Shown piece by piece: positions 38,132 to 48,925 of a stretch of DNA of 64,000 nucleotides; within the stretch, counting starts at the first letter, position 1, and every line of letters begins with the position of its first letter. The stretch comes from Saprospiraceae bacterium (lineage in GTDB: Bacteria > Bacteroidota > Bacteroidia > Chitinophagales > Saprospiraceae): contig JANPHO010000681.1 of assembly GCA_031424515.1 (NCBI GenBank), positions 189 through 64,188 on the forward strand, written 5' to 3'. Under the pieces are notes generated by a model that saw only the letters and a program-made list of their open reading frames with translations, ran no database searches and was not told the origin of the DNA. Both the position numbers and the translations under genes were made by a program.

Positions 38132-39373
38132 ATGCAACTCGTTGGCAATCAATACGAAATTCAAGGTATCAATCCCATTGAATTGTGCGAAAAATATGGC
38201 ACTCCGCTTTATGTGTACGATGCACAAGTAATTGAAAATCAATATAATAAGTTAAAATCTGCCTTTGGTGATATCAAAAGCCTGCGCATTAATTTTGCAA
38301 TGAAAGCCTTGTCGAATATCAATGTTTTGAAATTGATGCGGTCGTTGGGTTCGTGTGTGGATACGGTGTCTATTCAAGAGGTGCATTTATGCCTTCATGC
38401 GGGTTTTGAACCTGAACAAATTGGGTTTACACCGTCGGGCGTGACGTGGAGCGAAATAGAAGAAGCGGTGGGATTAAAAGTGAAAATCCACTTGGATTCG
38501 GTGCCCGTTTTAGAGAAATTTGGTCAAGTGTATGGCGATACATATCCCGTGGGTATTCGTTTGAATCCTCACATCATGGCGGGTGGAAATCTCAAAATTT
38601 CGACGGCTCATGAGCGGTCAAAATTCGGTATTTCTATTTTACAAGTAGATGATATTCAACGAGTTATGCGTGAAACGGGTTTGGTGATAGATGGCTTGCA
38701 CCAGCACACAGGTTCTGAAATAAAAGAAGCTGAAACGTTTTTGGAAGTAGCTGAAATCATGTTGGAAACGGCTAAAAAGTTCCCTGATTTGCAGTATTTG
38801 GATTTTGGCGGCGGTTTTAAAGTACCTTACAAACCGCATGATAAAGGGACGGATATGGAGAAAGTCGGCAAAGCGATTTCAAAACGTTTTAATGAATTTT
38901 GTGCTGAATATGGTCGTGAGCTGACGCTGGTTTTTGAGCCCGGGAAGTATATCGTTGCGGAGTGTGGTTATTTATTTGTGCAGGTGAATGTCGTGAAACA
39001 TAACCCCTCAGTATCTTTTGCTGCCGTGGATTCGGGATTGAATCACCTCATCCGCCCGATGATGTATGACTCGTATCATGAAATCGTGAATGTATCTAAT
39101 CCATTGAATGACAAGAAGTTATACAATGTAGTCGGCTATATTTGTGAAACGGATAACTTCGCTGAAGACCGCCCTTTACCCGAAATTACTGAGGGGGATA
39201 TCCTCTGCTTGCTCAATGCGGGTGCGTACGGTTTTACAATGGCGAGTAATTATAACAGCCGCTTCAAACCTGCCGAAGTGATGATTTATAAAGGTGAAGA
39301 TTACCTCATTCGTCACCGTGAAACGATGGAGGATATTTTAAAAAATCAAGTAGAAATGGATTTAGCCCTATAG
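38132..39373 (+). CDS. lysA: Diaminopimelate decarboxylase
   Basis: PLP-dependent Orn/DAP/Arg decarboxylase fold: YAMKA-like FAMKALSN, GGGF, EPGK/EPGR block, CETDNF. 413 aa. Confidence 0.85.
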   Translation: MQLVGNQYEIQGINPIELCEKYGTPLYVYDAQVIENQYNKLKSAFGDIKSLRINFAMKALSNINVLKLMRSLGSCVDTVSIQEVHLCLHAGFEPEQIGFTPSGVTWSEIEEAVGLKVKIHLDSVPVLEKFGQVYGDTYPVGIRLNPHIMAGGNLKISTAHERSKFGISILQVDDIQRVMRETGLVIDGLHQHTGSEIKEAETFLEVAEIMLETAKKFPDLQYLDFGGGFKVPYKPHDKGTDMEKVGKAISKRFNEFCAEYGRELTLVFEPGKYIVAECGYLFVQVNVVKHNPSVSFAAVDSGLNHLIRPMMYDSYHEIVNVSNPLNDKKLYNVVGYICETDNFAEDRPLPEITEGDILCLLNAGAYGFTMASNYNSRFKPAEVMIYKGEDYLIRHRETMEDILKNQVEMDLAL

Positions 39374-39409
39374 TGCGGCACTCCAGTTCCGCGCTACAAT
39401 AAAGAAATC

Positions 39410-40003
39410 ATGAAAAGTATCCTGAAATTAGCCTTGTTTTTGATGCCTTTTTTTACGCAGGCTCAAGATTTAATTCCTTACTCAAAACCACTACCTATTA
39501 TCTCAAAGGATGGAATGGTGAAAATGCCTGATGGACGTTCGGTGAAAATCGAAGATTTTAAGAATAAAGAAGCGGTGGTCATTTTCATGGTACGACACGC
39601 TGAAAAAGATACGGCGGGTGGTTCGAATGCGGATTTGAACGCTGTGGGTAGAGGTCGAGCGATGGCTTTGGTGAGTATTTTAAAAAAAATGAAAATTCAG
39701 AAAGTCTATTCAACGGATGTACCACGGACAAAAAATACGGCAAAACCATTGGCAGATCTAAGACATAAAGCAGTGGAAATTTATGACCCTAAAAAGCATA
39801 AAGAGTTTTTTGAATCCATTTTGAATACCCAAAAAGGAAATAAGATTTTAGTGGTGGGTCATTCGAATACAGTGCCTAAAATGCTGAATATACTGAGGGG
39901 TAGCGAAGAAGAAAAAGATATTCCCGATAATGAATATTCAAGATTATACATCATCAGTGTTAAAAAATTGGGTGATGCCAAGGTGACTTTAATTAATTTT
40001 TAA
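39410..40003 (+). CDS. Histidine phosphatase family protein (SixA/PGAM-like), secreted
   Basis: Signal peptide, VRHAEK catalytic motif, and a later GHSNT motif. Confidence 0.65.
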   Translation: MKSILKLALFLMPFFTQAQDLIPYSKPLPIISKDGMVKMPDGRSVKIEDFKNKEAVVIFMVRHAEKDTAGGSNADLNAVGRGRAMALVSILKKMKIQKVYSTDVPRTKNTAKPLADLRHKAVEIYDPKKHKEFFESILNTQKGNKILVVGHSNTVPKMLNILRGSEEEKDIPDNEYSRLYIISVKKLGDAKVTLINF

Positions 40004-40008
40004 GAAAA

Positions 40009-40041
40009 AATGTCGATGTGAAACGAATTCACAGCGACATT
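40009..40041. terminator. Bidirectional hairpin terminator
   Basis: AATGTCGATGTGAA / TTCACAGCGACATT stem with A-run and T-run flanks. Confidence 0.7.
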
Positions 40042-40064
40042 TTTTATGAGCATTTAAGATTAAT

Positions 40065-41465
40065 TTAAGCTGCTTTTTCAATTTCGCCCCTATAATCCAC
40101 TCTTTTATCCATTTTAATAATATCGGTTTTAGGGATTGTAAAATAGAATGTAGTGCCTTCCCCCTCAGTAGATGAGAGCCATATACGCCCGCCCAAATTG
40201 TGAATTATTTTTTTGCAAGTCGCTAATCCGATGCCTGTGCCTTCGTAATCGGATTGAGAATGTAATCGAGTGAAAATATCGAAAACCTTTGCCATGTGCT
40301 CTTGTTTTATGCCAATTCCATTATCAATGACGGCGAAAAGATGTTCATTATTATTGCTATTATCTATATAATTGATATTAATTTGAGGTGCCGTATCAGG
40401 TTTTCTAAATTTGATAGAATTTGAAATCAAATTTTGAAACAATTGCGTCATTTCTGTGACAGATGCCTTGAGGTGGGGAAGAGGTTGGCAATCAAGAACA
40501 GTAGCGGATTCAGTGATGGCAACCGTCAAATTATTTTTAACGACATTGAAAATATGATTCAAATCCACCTCTTTAGTATCGTGCGTGTTTTTACCCAATC
40601 GAGAATAAGAAAGTAGATTATCTAATAAACTTTGCATCCTTTTGACACCATCAGTTACAAAAAACATGTATTCGGTGATATTATTATCATCGCTCATGCT
40701 TTTCAATCGTCTTTGAATAAGCTGTGTGTACATACCTATCATGCGCAAAGGCTCTTTAAGGTCATGAGAGGCAGCAAAGGCAAAGTTTTGCAACTCAGCA
40801 TTGGATTCTTTGAGTTTTAGCTCTATTTGTTCCAAGTCTTTTACCTGTTGGATGATGGTATATTTTTGTTGACTTAGTTCAGTATTTTTATCTTTTAAAA
40901 TTTTAATGGCAAAAAGCTGAGCGCCTTCAAAAATAATCAATAAGCAAAATATGTAGCTACCAACAAAAATATAGCTGATGAGTTGATACAAATCATTGGT
41001 TGGTTTTAGGTTGATAGACGGGTCAATTAGACCATATATGTATATTCCGATATACATCCCAAATGTAACCATTAACCATACTGTTGACCATTTGAGTTCC
41101 TCCACCATGCAGCTACTGAGGGGTATCACAAAAAGCCACGGAATGTAAACGGAATAAAGCCCGCCCGAGGTCAAAGCAGCAGGAAATAACATGATACAAC
41201 AAATAAGAGCAAGTGTATTGCCTGAAATTTTAGTATTTCTATATTTTTTAAAATACCAGAGCGAAGGAAAAATAAGGAAAGGAGAAGCTAAAAACCACCA
41301 AATTGCTTTAGATTCCAGAAAAAAAGTCGTGCAAAATACTATAAGCGTGGCTGCAACAAAAAACAAATGCGCAAAAACCAGAATGCCGGCTTTTCGTTGG
41401 GCAATGAGCGGTGCATTACCAAAATTTGGTAAAAATTTATTGAGGGCTTCAGTCCAGTAATTCAT
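40065..41465 (-). CDS. Membrane sensor histidine kinase (orphan)
   Basis: Five to six N-terminal TMs, a coiled coil, H-box ASHDLKEPLR, and HATPase boxes (DNGIGI, GTGIGLATC, GEGTTFYFTIP). Confidence 0.8.
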   Translation of the reverse strand: MNYWTEALNKFLPNFGNAPLIAQRKAGILVFAHLFFVAATLIVFCTTFFLESKAIWWFLASPFLIFPSLWYFKKYRNTKISGNTLALICCIMLFPAALTSGGLYSVYIPWLFVIPLSSCMVEELKWSTVWLMVTFGMYIGIYIYGLIDPSINLKPTNDLYQLISYIFVGSYIFCLLIIFEGAQLFAIKILKDKNTELSQQKYTIIQQVKDLEQIELKLKESNAELQNFAFAASHDLKEPLRMIGMYTQLIQRRLKSMSDDNNITEYMFFVTDGVKRMQSLLDNLLSYSRLGKNTHDTKEVDLNHIFNVVKNNLTVAITESATVLDCQPLPHLKASVTEMTQLFQNLISNSIKFRKPDTAPQININYIDNSNNNEHLFAVIDNGIGIKQEHMAKVFDIFTRLHSQSDYEGTGIGLATCKKIIHNLGGRIWLSSTEGEGTTFYFTIPKTDIIKMDKRVDYRGEIEKAA

Positions 41466-41755
41466 AGATTATAATATAATGTGTTCAAAAACATACTCAA
41501 TAAAAGTACCAATATTATTCAGTATAACAATTAAGCTTCAAAAATACAATTTTAATTTTAGTATATAATTTTTTATTTAAAATTATGTGACAGTATAACG
41601 TATTTTTATTGAAAATATAAATTTTTACATCTTCAATCTCGTTTGTTGATGATGCGTTTTTAGCGTTTTTATACTAAAAATAGTCTTTTTAATTGCATTT
41701 CAGATGCGGGTATTCTTACATTTGTACTCCTTTTCAATTTCTTAAAACTATTACT

Positions 41756-42259
41756 ATGAGCAACTTGACACCTAATGAGGAGAATATCGCTTCTCACATT
41801 TACATCATCAGAAATCAACGCGTCATGCTGGATAGCGATTTGGCTGAAATTTACGGCGTGGAAACCAAAATGCTTAAAAGAGCTGTTCGTCGTAACATTG
41901 AGCGTTTTCCAGAAGATTTTATGTTTGAACTTACCGATGAAGAGTTTCAAAACTTGAGGTTCCAATTTGGCACCTCAAGTTGGGGAGGCTCACGATATGC
42001 CCCTTTTGCTTTCACAGAGCACGGTGCTGTCATGTTAGCGAGCGTGTTGAACAGTGAAACTGCCGTAAAAGCCAGTATTTATGTAGTTCGGACTTTTGTT
42101 AAAATACGGCAACTGGTAAGCGGCTATCAAGAGCTTTCGGAGAGAATGAATACGCTTGAAAATAAATACGATGGTCAATTTGAACAAGTAATCCACGCTC
42201 TCGAGCAATTGGCAGAGCAGAAAAATGAACCGCGTACACGCATCGGTTTTAAAAAATAA
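41756..42259 (+). CDS. ORF6N (KilA-N-related) domain protein
   Basis: IYIIRNQRVMLDSDLAEIYGVETKMLKRAVRRNIERFPEDFMFELT...SRYAPFAFTEHGAVMLASVL matches the ORF6N pattern. The ATG at 41756 is preferred. Confidence 0.8.
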   Translation: MSNLTPNEENIASHIYIIRNQRVMLDSDLAEIYGVETKMLKRAVRRNIERFPEDFMFELTDEEFQNLRFQFGTSSWGGSRYAPFAFTEHGAVMLASVLNSETAVKASIYVVRTFVKIRQLVSGYQELSERMNTLENKYDGQFEQVIHALEQLAEQKNEPRTRIGFKK

Positions 42260-42266
42260 GATTAAA

Positions 42267-42845
42267 ATGGCTAAAAAAGTATCAAAAGCAACTGACCCAC
42301 GATTTGAGGTTTTGAAAATGCTCACCGTAGAGCAAAAAGATAAATTATTGTTGAAACTTTTCAGAAAAGACCCACTTTTAGTTGAAAAACTGGCATTTGA
42401 GTTTTTTGAAGATAAAAGCGATTTGGAAAAACGGCGGAATGATATTAAAATGGAAATCAGTAGTTATATCGCCCAAGGAGCCATTGGCTGGGATACACCG
42501 GGCGAGTTAATGATGCGGATGCGCAGCTTGAATGGGCGCATAACGGAACATGTCAAAATCACAAAAGATAAGTACAGCGAGGTAGAACTGACGATTTTAT
42601 TGCTCAATACCGCCTTTGAACGCTTTTGGAAAATGCTCAATGAAAAAATAAATAGAGCGGATACTTTTGCTGAGTACTGCATCAAAAGAACGCTTTTTAT
42701 TATAAAATGCTTGGATAAACTCCACGAGGATAATTATCTGGATTTTAAGGATGATTTGGATAAGTTGTTTCAATATTTACATACTTATAAAAAGACTGAA
42801 TACTACGCTAAAAGCAATAATATTCCTAAAAAGTTTGAATTTTAG
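42267..42845 (+). CDS. Hypothetical all-helical protein
   Basis: ORF with good coding look, starting 8 nt after the ORF6N stop. No motif recognised. Confidence 0.5.
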   Translation: MAKKVSKATDPRFEVLKMLTVEQKDKLLLKLFRKDPLLVEKLAFEFFEDKSDLEKRRNDIKMEISSYIAQGAIGWDTPGELMMRMRSLNGRITEHVKITKDKYSEVELTILLLNTAFERFWKMLNEKINRADTFAEYCIKRTLFIIKCLDKLHEDNYLDFKDDLDKLFQYLHTYKKTEYYAKSNNIPKKFEF

Positions 42846-42855
42846 GAGAAATACT

Positions 42856-42890
42856 GTCACGCAAAGCGTGATGGCGCAAAATGCGCTCAA
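42856..42890. repeat. Double-hairpin repeat, copy B
   Basis: GTCACGCAAAGCGTGATGGCGCAAAATGCGCTCA. Its stems covary with the copy at 4917-4950. Confidence 0.6.
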
Positions 42891-42961
42891 GTGGGTATTA
42901 GAGAGAATCTAAATTTTGAAAAACATCTAAAAGACACTATTTTTGTAAGAAATATTAGAAA

Positions 42962-43282
42962 ATGGAAATAAGATTGAGCATTAAAGATAAATACGTTGAT
43001 GCTTTCATGGCATTGATTAAAAAGCTGAAATACGTTGAAATAAAAGAAATTTCAGGCGCAAGTTTTCAAACTGTTGGTGAACCTATCGTGGTATATAATA
43101 AAAAAGAAAAAATTTCCGCTGACGAAGTTGAGCAATTGATTATTGCCAAAGCCCTTCGTGATGCGAAGGCGATTGAGCGGGGGGAGTTGAAAGGAATTAA
43201 ATCTTATACAAATTATAAAGATTTAATTGCCGATTTAGAATCTGATATAGAAAACGACGATGATATTTATACCAACCGATGA
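42962..43282 (+). CDS. Putative antitoxin of the RelE-type pair
   Basis: Small acidic protein whose 3' end overlaps the toxin gene by 23 nt. No family recognised. Confidence 0.45.
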   Translation: MEIRLSIKDKYVDAFMALIKKLKYVEIKEISGASFQTVGEPIVVYNKKEKISADEVEQLIIAKALRDAKAIERGELKGIKSYTNYKDLIADLESDIENDDDIYTNR

Positions 43283-43580
43283 TTTTAGAAAGGCAGTCAA
43301 AAGACTGGCAAAAAAATATCCTTCTATTACAAGAGATTTAGACAGCCTTTTTGAAAAATTAGAGCAAAATCCTTTTGAAGGTGACCCACTGGGCGATAAT
43401 TCATATAAAGTTAGAATGGCTATCAGTTCCAAAGGTAAAGGTAAAAGTGGCGGCACGAGAGTGATAACTTGCGTGAAAATCATAGACGACACAATTCACC
43501 TTTTAACAATTTATGATAAATCTGAAATAGAAAACGTGTCAAAAGAATATCTCGACGAATTAAGGAAATCTATTGAATAA
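43260..43580 (+). CDS. Type II toxin, RelE/ParE (HigB/Gp49-like) family
   Basis: YKVRMAISSKGKGKSGGTRVITCV...IHLLTIYDKSE pattern typical of RelE-superfamily toxins. 106 aa. Confidence 0.7.
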   Translation: MIFIPTDDFRKAVKRLAKKYPSITRDLDSLFEKLEQNPFEGDPLGDNSYKVRMAISSKGKGKSGGTRVITCVKIIDDTIHLLTIYDKSEIENVSKEYLDELRKSIE

Positions 43581-43612
43581 AAACGGCAACTTCTCAACTG
43601 AAATTGCCGTTT
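43581..43612 (+). terminator. Intrinsic terminator after the toxin gene
   Basis: AAACGGCAA ... TTGCCGTTT followed by a T-run. Confidence 0.8.
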
Positions 43613-43713
43613 TTGCTTTTTATATCATTGCGAGGTATCGAAGCAACTGAGGGGGGTAAGGAGTTTTTAAAGAATCAATCAATCAAACATTAATTAGAGA
43701 TATACTAAATCGT

Positions 43714-44412
43714 ATGAAAAATTTCAATAGGAAAGATACAGTAGTAGCATTTGCACTCATGATTTTTGCTGTACTTTTAAATATAGCCAATCACCATTTT
43801 TATCCAATATTAGGGATACTTGGTTTTGATTTCGCTACATCCGTTATACCTGGTTGGCATACGCTCATATTTCCACCTTTTATTGTAGTTATGAGAGTAT
43901 TTTCTACTCTTACAGTATTACAAGCGTTAAGCATTTTTATCTTCATTTTTATTAAAAAACAGAAAGTTATTACTGAAAAATCGATTGAATACGTCAATAT
44001 TGTGCTATTACTTTTAGGAGGATTAAGCAGTTTAAACTATCTTTTTGAGCTTTTTACTACTTGGTATTCAGGGTATATTTATGAACAATTTGCATTTTAT
44101 AATCGTGTTTTTGGTGCGTACTGGTGGTCATATCTATTATTGTTGATGGTTGGCATTTTTTTACCACTGTTATTCTTATTTCATAAAATTAGGCAGAGTA
44201 TCTGGGCAACCTTAGCAATAGCTGTTTTTTGGAATATCAATAATTGTGTAGATAATATTGCCATAAAAGAAGCTGCTAAAGAACGTGATTATCAACCTTC
44301 TTCTTGGACTTACGATAGCACTTTCAATTTCTTTGACATACTCATATCCTTAGCCATTACTTTTTTAATATGCTTTTTTGTATTTTTTATCGCTCATAAA
44401 ACAAAGAAGTAG
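43714..44412 (+). CDS. Hypothetical integral membrane protein (about 6 TM)
   Basis: Hydrophobic segments throughout. No motif recognised. Confidence 0.5.
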   Translation: MKNFNRKDTVVAFALMIFAVLLNIANHHFYPILGILGFDFATSVIPGWHTLIFPPFIVVMRVFSTLTVLQALSIFIFIFIKKQKVITEKSIEYVNIVLLLLGGLSSLNYLFELFTTWYSGYIYEQFAFYNRVFGAYWWSYLLLLMVGIFLPLLFLFHKIRQSIWATLAIAVFWNINNCVDNIAIKEAAKERDYQPSSWTYDSTFNFFDILISLAITFLICFFVFFIAHKTKK

Positions 44413-44530
44413 TTTTATACTGAGGGGGTATCACCTTTCCCTAATTTTCCCTATTTTTGCAAACTTTTTAAATAAAAATCGTATCTGTTAGATATAAGGT
44501 ATTGGTTATCAATTTTTTAAATAAAGATTT

Positions 44531-47185
44531 ATGTCAGAACTCAGCGCAAAATACACGCCCTCAGATATTGAAGAAAAATGGTATAGCCATTGGGAAAAAT
44601 CAGGCTATTTTCACAACGAACCCGATGAACGTGAGCCTTTTAGCATCGTCATTCCGCCGCCGAATGTGACGGGTGTGTTGCACATGGGGCACATGTTGAA
44701 CAATACCATTCAAGATGCATTGACCCGTAAAGCCCGTTTAGAAGGTAAAAATGCCATTTGGATTCCGGGTACTGACCATGCGTCTATTGCTACGGAGGCG
44801 AAAGTCGTGCGTATGTTGCGTGAACGAGGCATCAAAAAATCGGATTTGACGCGTGATGAGTTTATGAAATATGCGTGGGAATGGAAGGAAAAATACGGTG
44901 GTATCATCCTAAAACAACTCCGCAAATTGGGTTCATCCTGCGATTGGGAGCGCACAGCTTTCACAATGGACGAAGGCTATTCCGTAGATGTCATTCATAC
45001 TTTCGTGGACTTGTACCGCAAAGGCAAACTCTACCGTGATTACCGCATGGTGAACTGGGATTGCGAAGCCAAAACGGTGCTTTCAAATGAAGAAGTAATT
45101 CACGGTGAGGAGCAAGCGCAGTTATTTCATGTAAAATATTTTATAGAAGGTTCAGATGAAGATGGTGTTATCATTGCAACTCAACGCCCTGAAACAATCA
45201 TGGCGGATGCTGCCGTGGCGGTTCATCCGAATGACCCACGTTATGCCCATTTAAAAGGTAAAAAAGTGATTGTTCCGCTTGTAAATAGAGCCATTCCAAT
45301 CATTTTTGACGATTATGTAGATATTGAATTTGGTACGGGTGCTTTGAAAGTAACCCCTGCACATGACCCCAATGACTACGAATTGGGTAAAAAACATGGC
45401 TTGGAAGTCATTGATTTATTGAATGATGATGGCACTTTGAATGAAAAATGTGGTGTGGCATCGCTCGTAGGTGTGGATAGATTTGAAGCCCGCAGACACA
45501 CTAAAAACCTTCTGACCCAATCGGGTAATTTGGTGAAATTAGAAGATTATAAAACCAATATTGGGCGTTCTGAGCGTACCAATACGGTTGTAGAGCCTAA
45601 AATGTCGCTTCAATGGTACGTGGATATGAAGGCTTTGGCTGCCCCTGCATTGGCAGCAGTTGAAAGCGACAATATTGATTTTTACCCTAAATCCTTTAAA
45701 AATGTCTATCGGCACTGGATGAGCGAAGATAATATTCGTGATTGGTGTATTTCAAGGCAACTTTGGTGGGGACATCGCATTCCTGCTTATTACTACAACG
45801 GTGAAACGTTTGTAGCCGAAACAGCGGAGGAAGCCTTGACTTTAGCGCAAGCAAAGTACCCCTCAGTAACGGCAGCGGATTTGAAGCAAGATGAGGACGT
45901 TTTGGATACTTGGGCTTCATCGTGGTTATGGCCTATTTCGACTTTGAATGGTTTTAAAAATTCAAAAGAGTTTGATTATTACTACCCGACAAGCGTATTG
46001 GTAACGGGTTGGGATATTATTTTCCTTTGGGTGGCACGTATGGCGATGGCTGGTTTTGAATGGAAACAGGAAAGACCATTCAAGGCTGTGTATTTCACGG
46101 GTATGGTGCGTGATAAGCAACGCCGTAAAATGTCAAAATCACTCGGCAACTCACCCGATGCGTTGCAATTGATTGAAGATTTTGGGGCTGACGGTGTGCG
46201 CTTTGGTATGTTGGCGTCAAGTCCTGCGGGTGGTGATTTGCTTTTTGATGAAAAACTATGCGAACAAGGGCGTAATTTCTGTAATAAAATGTGGAATGCT
46301 TTGCGTTTGGTGAAAGGTTGGGAAGTGGAACAAGGCTATCATTCGGAAGTTGAAAATTTATCGGCTGCGTGGTTTGAGGGTAAAATGAGCTTGATTTTAA
46401 CGGATATTGAAGAGAATTTCAAGCAATTCCGCTTGTCAGAAGCTTTAATGGGCTTGTATAATTTCATTTGGGACGATTACTGCTCATGGTATTTAGAGAT
46501 GATTAAACCCGAATATGGCAAGCCAATAGACCGTGTAACGCTTCAAAAAACGGAGATTATTTTCCGCCGATTAATGGCGATGTTGCACCCTTTTATGCCT
46601 TTTATTACAGAAGAAATTTGGCAACAATTGGATGGTAAAAATACTGAGGGGGCGGATTTATGTGTAGCTACCTATCCAAAAGCCACTGAATTTGATGCGG
46701 ATTTGATTAAAAAAGTAGAAGCTGCGAAGGATATTATTTCAAAAATCCGTGAAATCCGTAACAATAAAGGCTTAAAACAGCGTGAGCCTTTAGTCGTAAA
46801 ATATCAAGCGTCTGAAACAGCTAAAAACCTGCTTGACCCCGAGCACTCGGGGGAGGGTATCAGAAATTTAATTAAAAAACTCGGCGTTTTAGAAAGCCTT
46901 CAAACAACAGATGCAGACGCGCCTAATGCGGTCTCATTTGTATCTGGAACGGATAAATTCTACGTGGTTTTGAATCAAGAAATCAACGTTGAAGAGGAGC
47001 GTGAAAAAATCACCAAAGAGTTAGTCTATCAACAAGGCTTTTTGAAATCAGTCACTGCTAAATTGAGCAATGAGCGTTTTGTAGCGAATGCGAAGCCCGA
47101 AATTGTAGCATCCGAGCAACAAAAACAAGCTGATGCCTTGGCGCGGATTAAGATTTTGGAGGAGAGTTTGGCGGGGTTAATATAG
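44531..47185 (+). CDS. valS: Valine--tRNA ligase
   Basis: PPPNVTGVLHMGHML (HIGH), KMSKSLGN (KMSKS), a C-terminal coiled coil, 884 aa. Confidence 0.97.
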   Translation: MSELSAKYTPSDIEEKWYSHWEKSGYFHNEPDEREPFSIVIPPPNVTGVLHMGHMLNNTIQDALTRKARLEGKNAIWIPGTDHASIATEAKVVRMLRERGIKKSDLTRDEFMKYAWEWKEKYGGIILKQLRKLGSSCDWERTAFTMDEGYSVDVIHTFVDLYRKGKLYRDYRMVNWDCEAKTVLSNEEVIHGEEQAQLFHVKYFIEGSDEDGVIIATQRPETIMADAAVAVHPNDPRYAHLKGKKVIVPLVNRAIPIIFDDYVDIEFGTGALKVTPAHDPNDYELGKKHGLEVIDLLNDDGTLNEKCGVASLVGVDRFEARRHTKNLLTQSGNLVKLEDYKTNIGRSERTNTVVEPKMSLQWYVDMKALAAPALAAVESDNIDFYPKSFKNVYRHWMSEDNIRDWCISRQLWWGHRIPAYYYNGETFVAETAEEALTLAQAKYPSVTAADLKQDEDVLDTWASSWLWPISTLNGFKNSKEFDYYYPTSVLVTGWDIIFLWVARMAMAGFEWKQERPFKAVYFTGMVRDKQRRKMSKSLGNSPDALQLIEDFGADGVRFGMLASSPAGGDLLFDEKLCEQGRNFCNKMWNALRLVKGWEVEQGYHSEVENLSAAWFEGKMSLILTDIEENFKQFRLSEALMGLYNFIWDDYCSWYLEMIKPEYGKPIDRVTLQKTEIIFRRLMAMLHPFMPFITEEIWQQLDGKNTEGADLCVATYPKATEFDADLIKKVEAAKDIISKIREIRNNKGLKQREPLVVKYQASETAKNLLDPEHSGEGIRNLIKKLGVLESLQTTDADAPNAVSFVSGTDKFYVVLNQEINVEEEREKITKELVYQQGFLKSVTAKLSNERFVANAKPEIVASEQQKQADALARIKILEESLAGLI

Positions 47186-47209
47186 GTGTTTTTAACATCA
47201 TGAAATTTT

Positions 47210-47244
47210 AAAACGCTTGTTCTTTGACAGAGAACAAGCGTTTT
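47210..47244 (+). terminator. Intrinsic terminator after valS
   Basis: AAAACGCTTGTTCT-TTGACAG-AGAACAAGCGTTTT, a 14-bp perfect stem plus a T-run. Confidence 0.85.
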
Positions 47245-47276
47245 GTATTTTAGCATGTATTTTAAAATTCTGAATT

Positions 47277-47807
47277 ATGCCTAAACCCAAATTAAGCGAT
47301 TTCAAAAAACTCCTCGCTGAAATGACCGAGGAGGAATTGCGTGCCGAATTGCTCAAATTATTCAATAAATTGGAACAAGTGCAGATGTTTTACGCCCAAG
47401 ATTTGATGAATAAAGAAGATAGACAGAAGATATTGGAGGATTGCAAATCCAAAATTTATAAAAAATTTTGGACATCTTCAGGCAATCCACGAAATAATAT
47501 AAGCAATGCAGATATTCGTAAAATTATTACGGATTTTGAAAAAATTTCGGCTTTCCCACATGATGTAATAGATTTGATTCTATATCGAGTCGAGACGGCA
47601 ACCGATTTTGCAAGACAATTTGGTGGCATGCCCGATGCTGATTATAATGCTTCAACTACGGCATTTGAAAAAGCCCTAAAATTGATAGTTAAACACAAAT
47701 TAATGGATTATTTTGAGGATCGTTGTAAAGCATTGTTTCGTTATAGCAATTTGGATTACTGGTATATTGAAGAATTAGAAACTTTGTTTAAGGATAGAGA
47801 AGGATAG
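47277..47807 (+). CDS. Hypothetical helical protein (possibly DUF6155-like)
   Basis: Good coding look. The family assignment is from memory only. Confidence 0.45.
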   Translation: MPKPKLSDFKKLLAEMTEEELRAELLKLFNKLEQVQMFYAQDLMNKEDRQKILEDCKSKIYKKFWTSSGNPRNNISNADIRKIITDFEKISAFPHDVIDLILYRVETATDFARQFGGMPDADYNASTTAFEKALKLIVKHKLMDYFEDRCKALFRYSNLDYWYIEELETLFKDREG

Positions 47808-48274
47808 GTTGAATCATACCCCCTCAGTAAGAATCTCTAAAAATCTCGTTAGGAGCTCAACCTTCTATCGAGATTTTTACTTTTACTAGAAATATTGCAA
47901 TAAAAAAAATGTGAAAAAGTTAAGCCGTACATTGGATAGACTGTAAATCATGTTGAAGATTTAGTTATTTTAAAAAAGTGGTAGAAAAGCTTATTTATAA
48001 CACTTTGATTTACAACGGATAGATGTGAAGATACATGAGTGAAGGTTGATTTTTAATTTTGAAAATAGACCAATATAGGTGCTTTTGGTATGTTTTTTTA
48101 ATTAAATATAAGGAAAATGAGTTAGTGATAAACGAGTTTGTTGGCATAGTTTTAGGGGAATTAGTTCGTAATTAGCTAATATTTAAACTAAAAATGGTAC
48201 TTGATTTCTGCAGAAATTGGTCATTTAATTTAATCAAAACTTATTTTCGAATCCTTATTTTAACTAAAAAATTC

Positions 48275-48724
48275 ATGAAAAATTTTTTCGTAGCTGCCTG
48301 CATGTTGGTAGCATTTGCTTCTTGTACTAAAGACGACGCCGCAGTTGCTCCTGCATCAAAAAAAGAAATTATCGCTTCAAGTGACTGGAAAGTTTCAAAA
48401 ATAGAAACTGTTGTAAATGGCGCTACAGCTGACGTAACAGACAGCTTTATGGAAGAATGTGATAAAGATAATTTTGAAACTTTCGGCTCAAATGGCTTAT
48501 GGACCATGAATAATGGTACTACTATGTGTGACCCTTCTGAAGAACAAGTCAAAAAAGGGACTTGGATTTTCTCGGAAAATGAGACAAAATTAACTATGTC
48601 TGATGCTAATAGTAGCGAGACTTATCAAGTTGAATCATTAACTTCTGATTCATTTGTTACTTCTGTTTCAACTGAAATTTTGGGCATTCAAACGACTGTG
48701 AAATACTATCATGTAAAGAACTAA
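48275..48724 (+). CDS. Small lipoprotein (lipocalin-like guess)
   Basis: MKNFFVAACMLVAFASC lipobox. The ATG at 48275 is preferred over 48194. Confidence 0.55.
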   Translation: MKNFFVAACMLVAFASCTKDDAAVAPASKKEIIASSDWKVSKIETVVNGATADVTDSFMEECDKDNFETFGSNGLWTMNNGTTMCDPSEEQVKKGTWIFSENETKLTMSDANSSETYQVESLTSDSFVTSVSTEILGIQTTVKYYHVKN

Positions 48725-48925
48725 AATTGATTTTTTCAATTTAAAATTTATCCTTTTCAAGCACGTTTGTATTCATACAGACGTGCTTTTGTCTTTTTAG
48801 ATACCCCCTCAGTAAAAGCCCTTTCATCGGCAATTTCTTTTATGATAAAAAGCAATGCTTTCTTCCATTAAAGAACTTGCTGATGAAAGGGCTTTTTTAA
48901 TATTAAAATATTGATAACCAATAAT

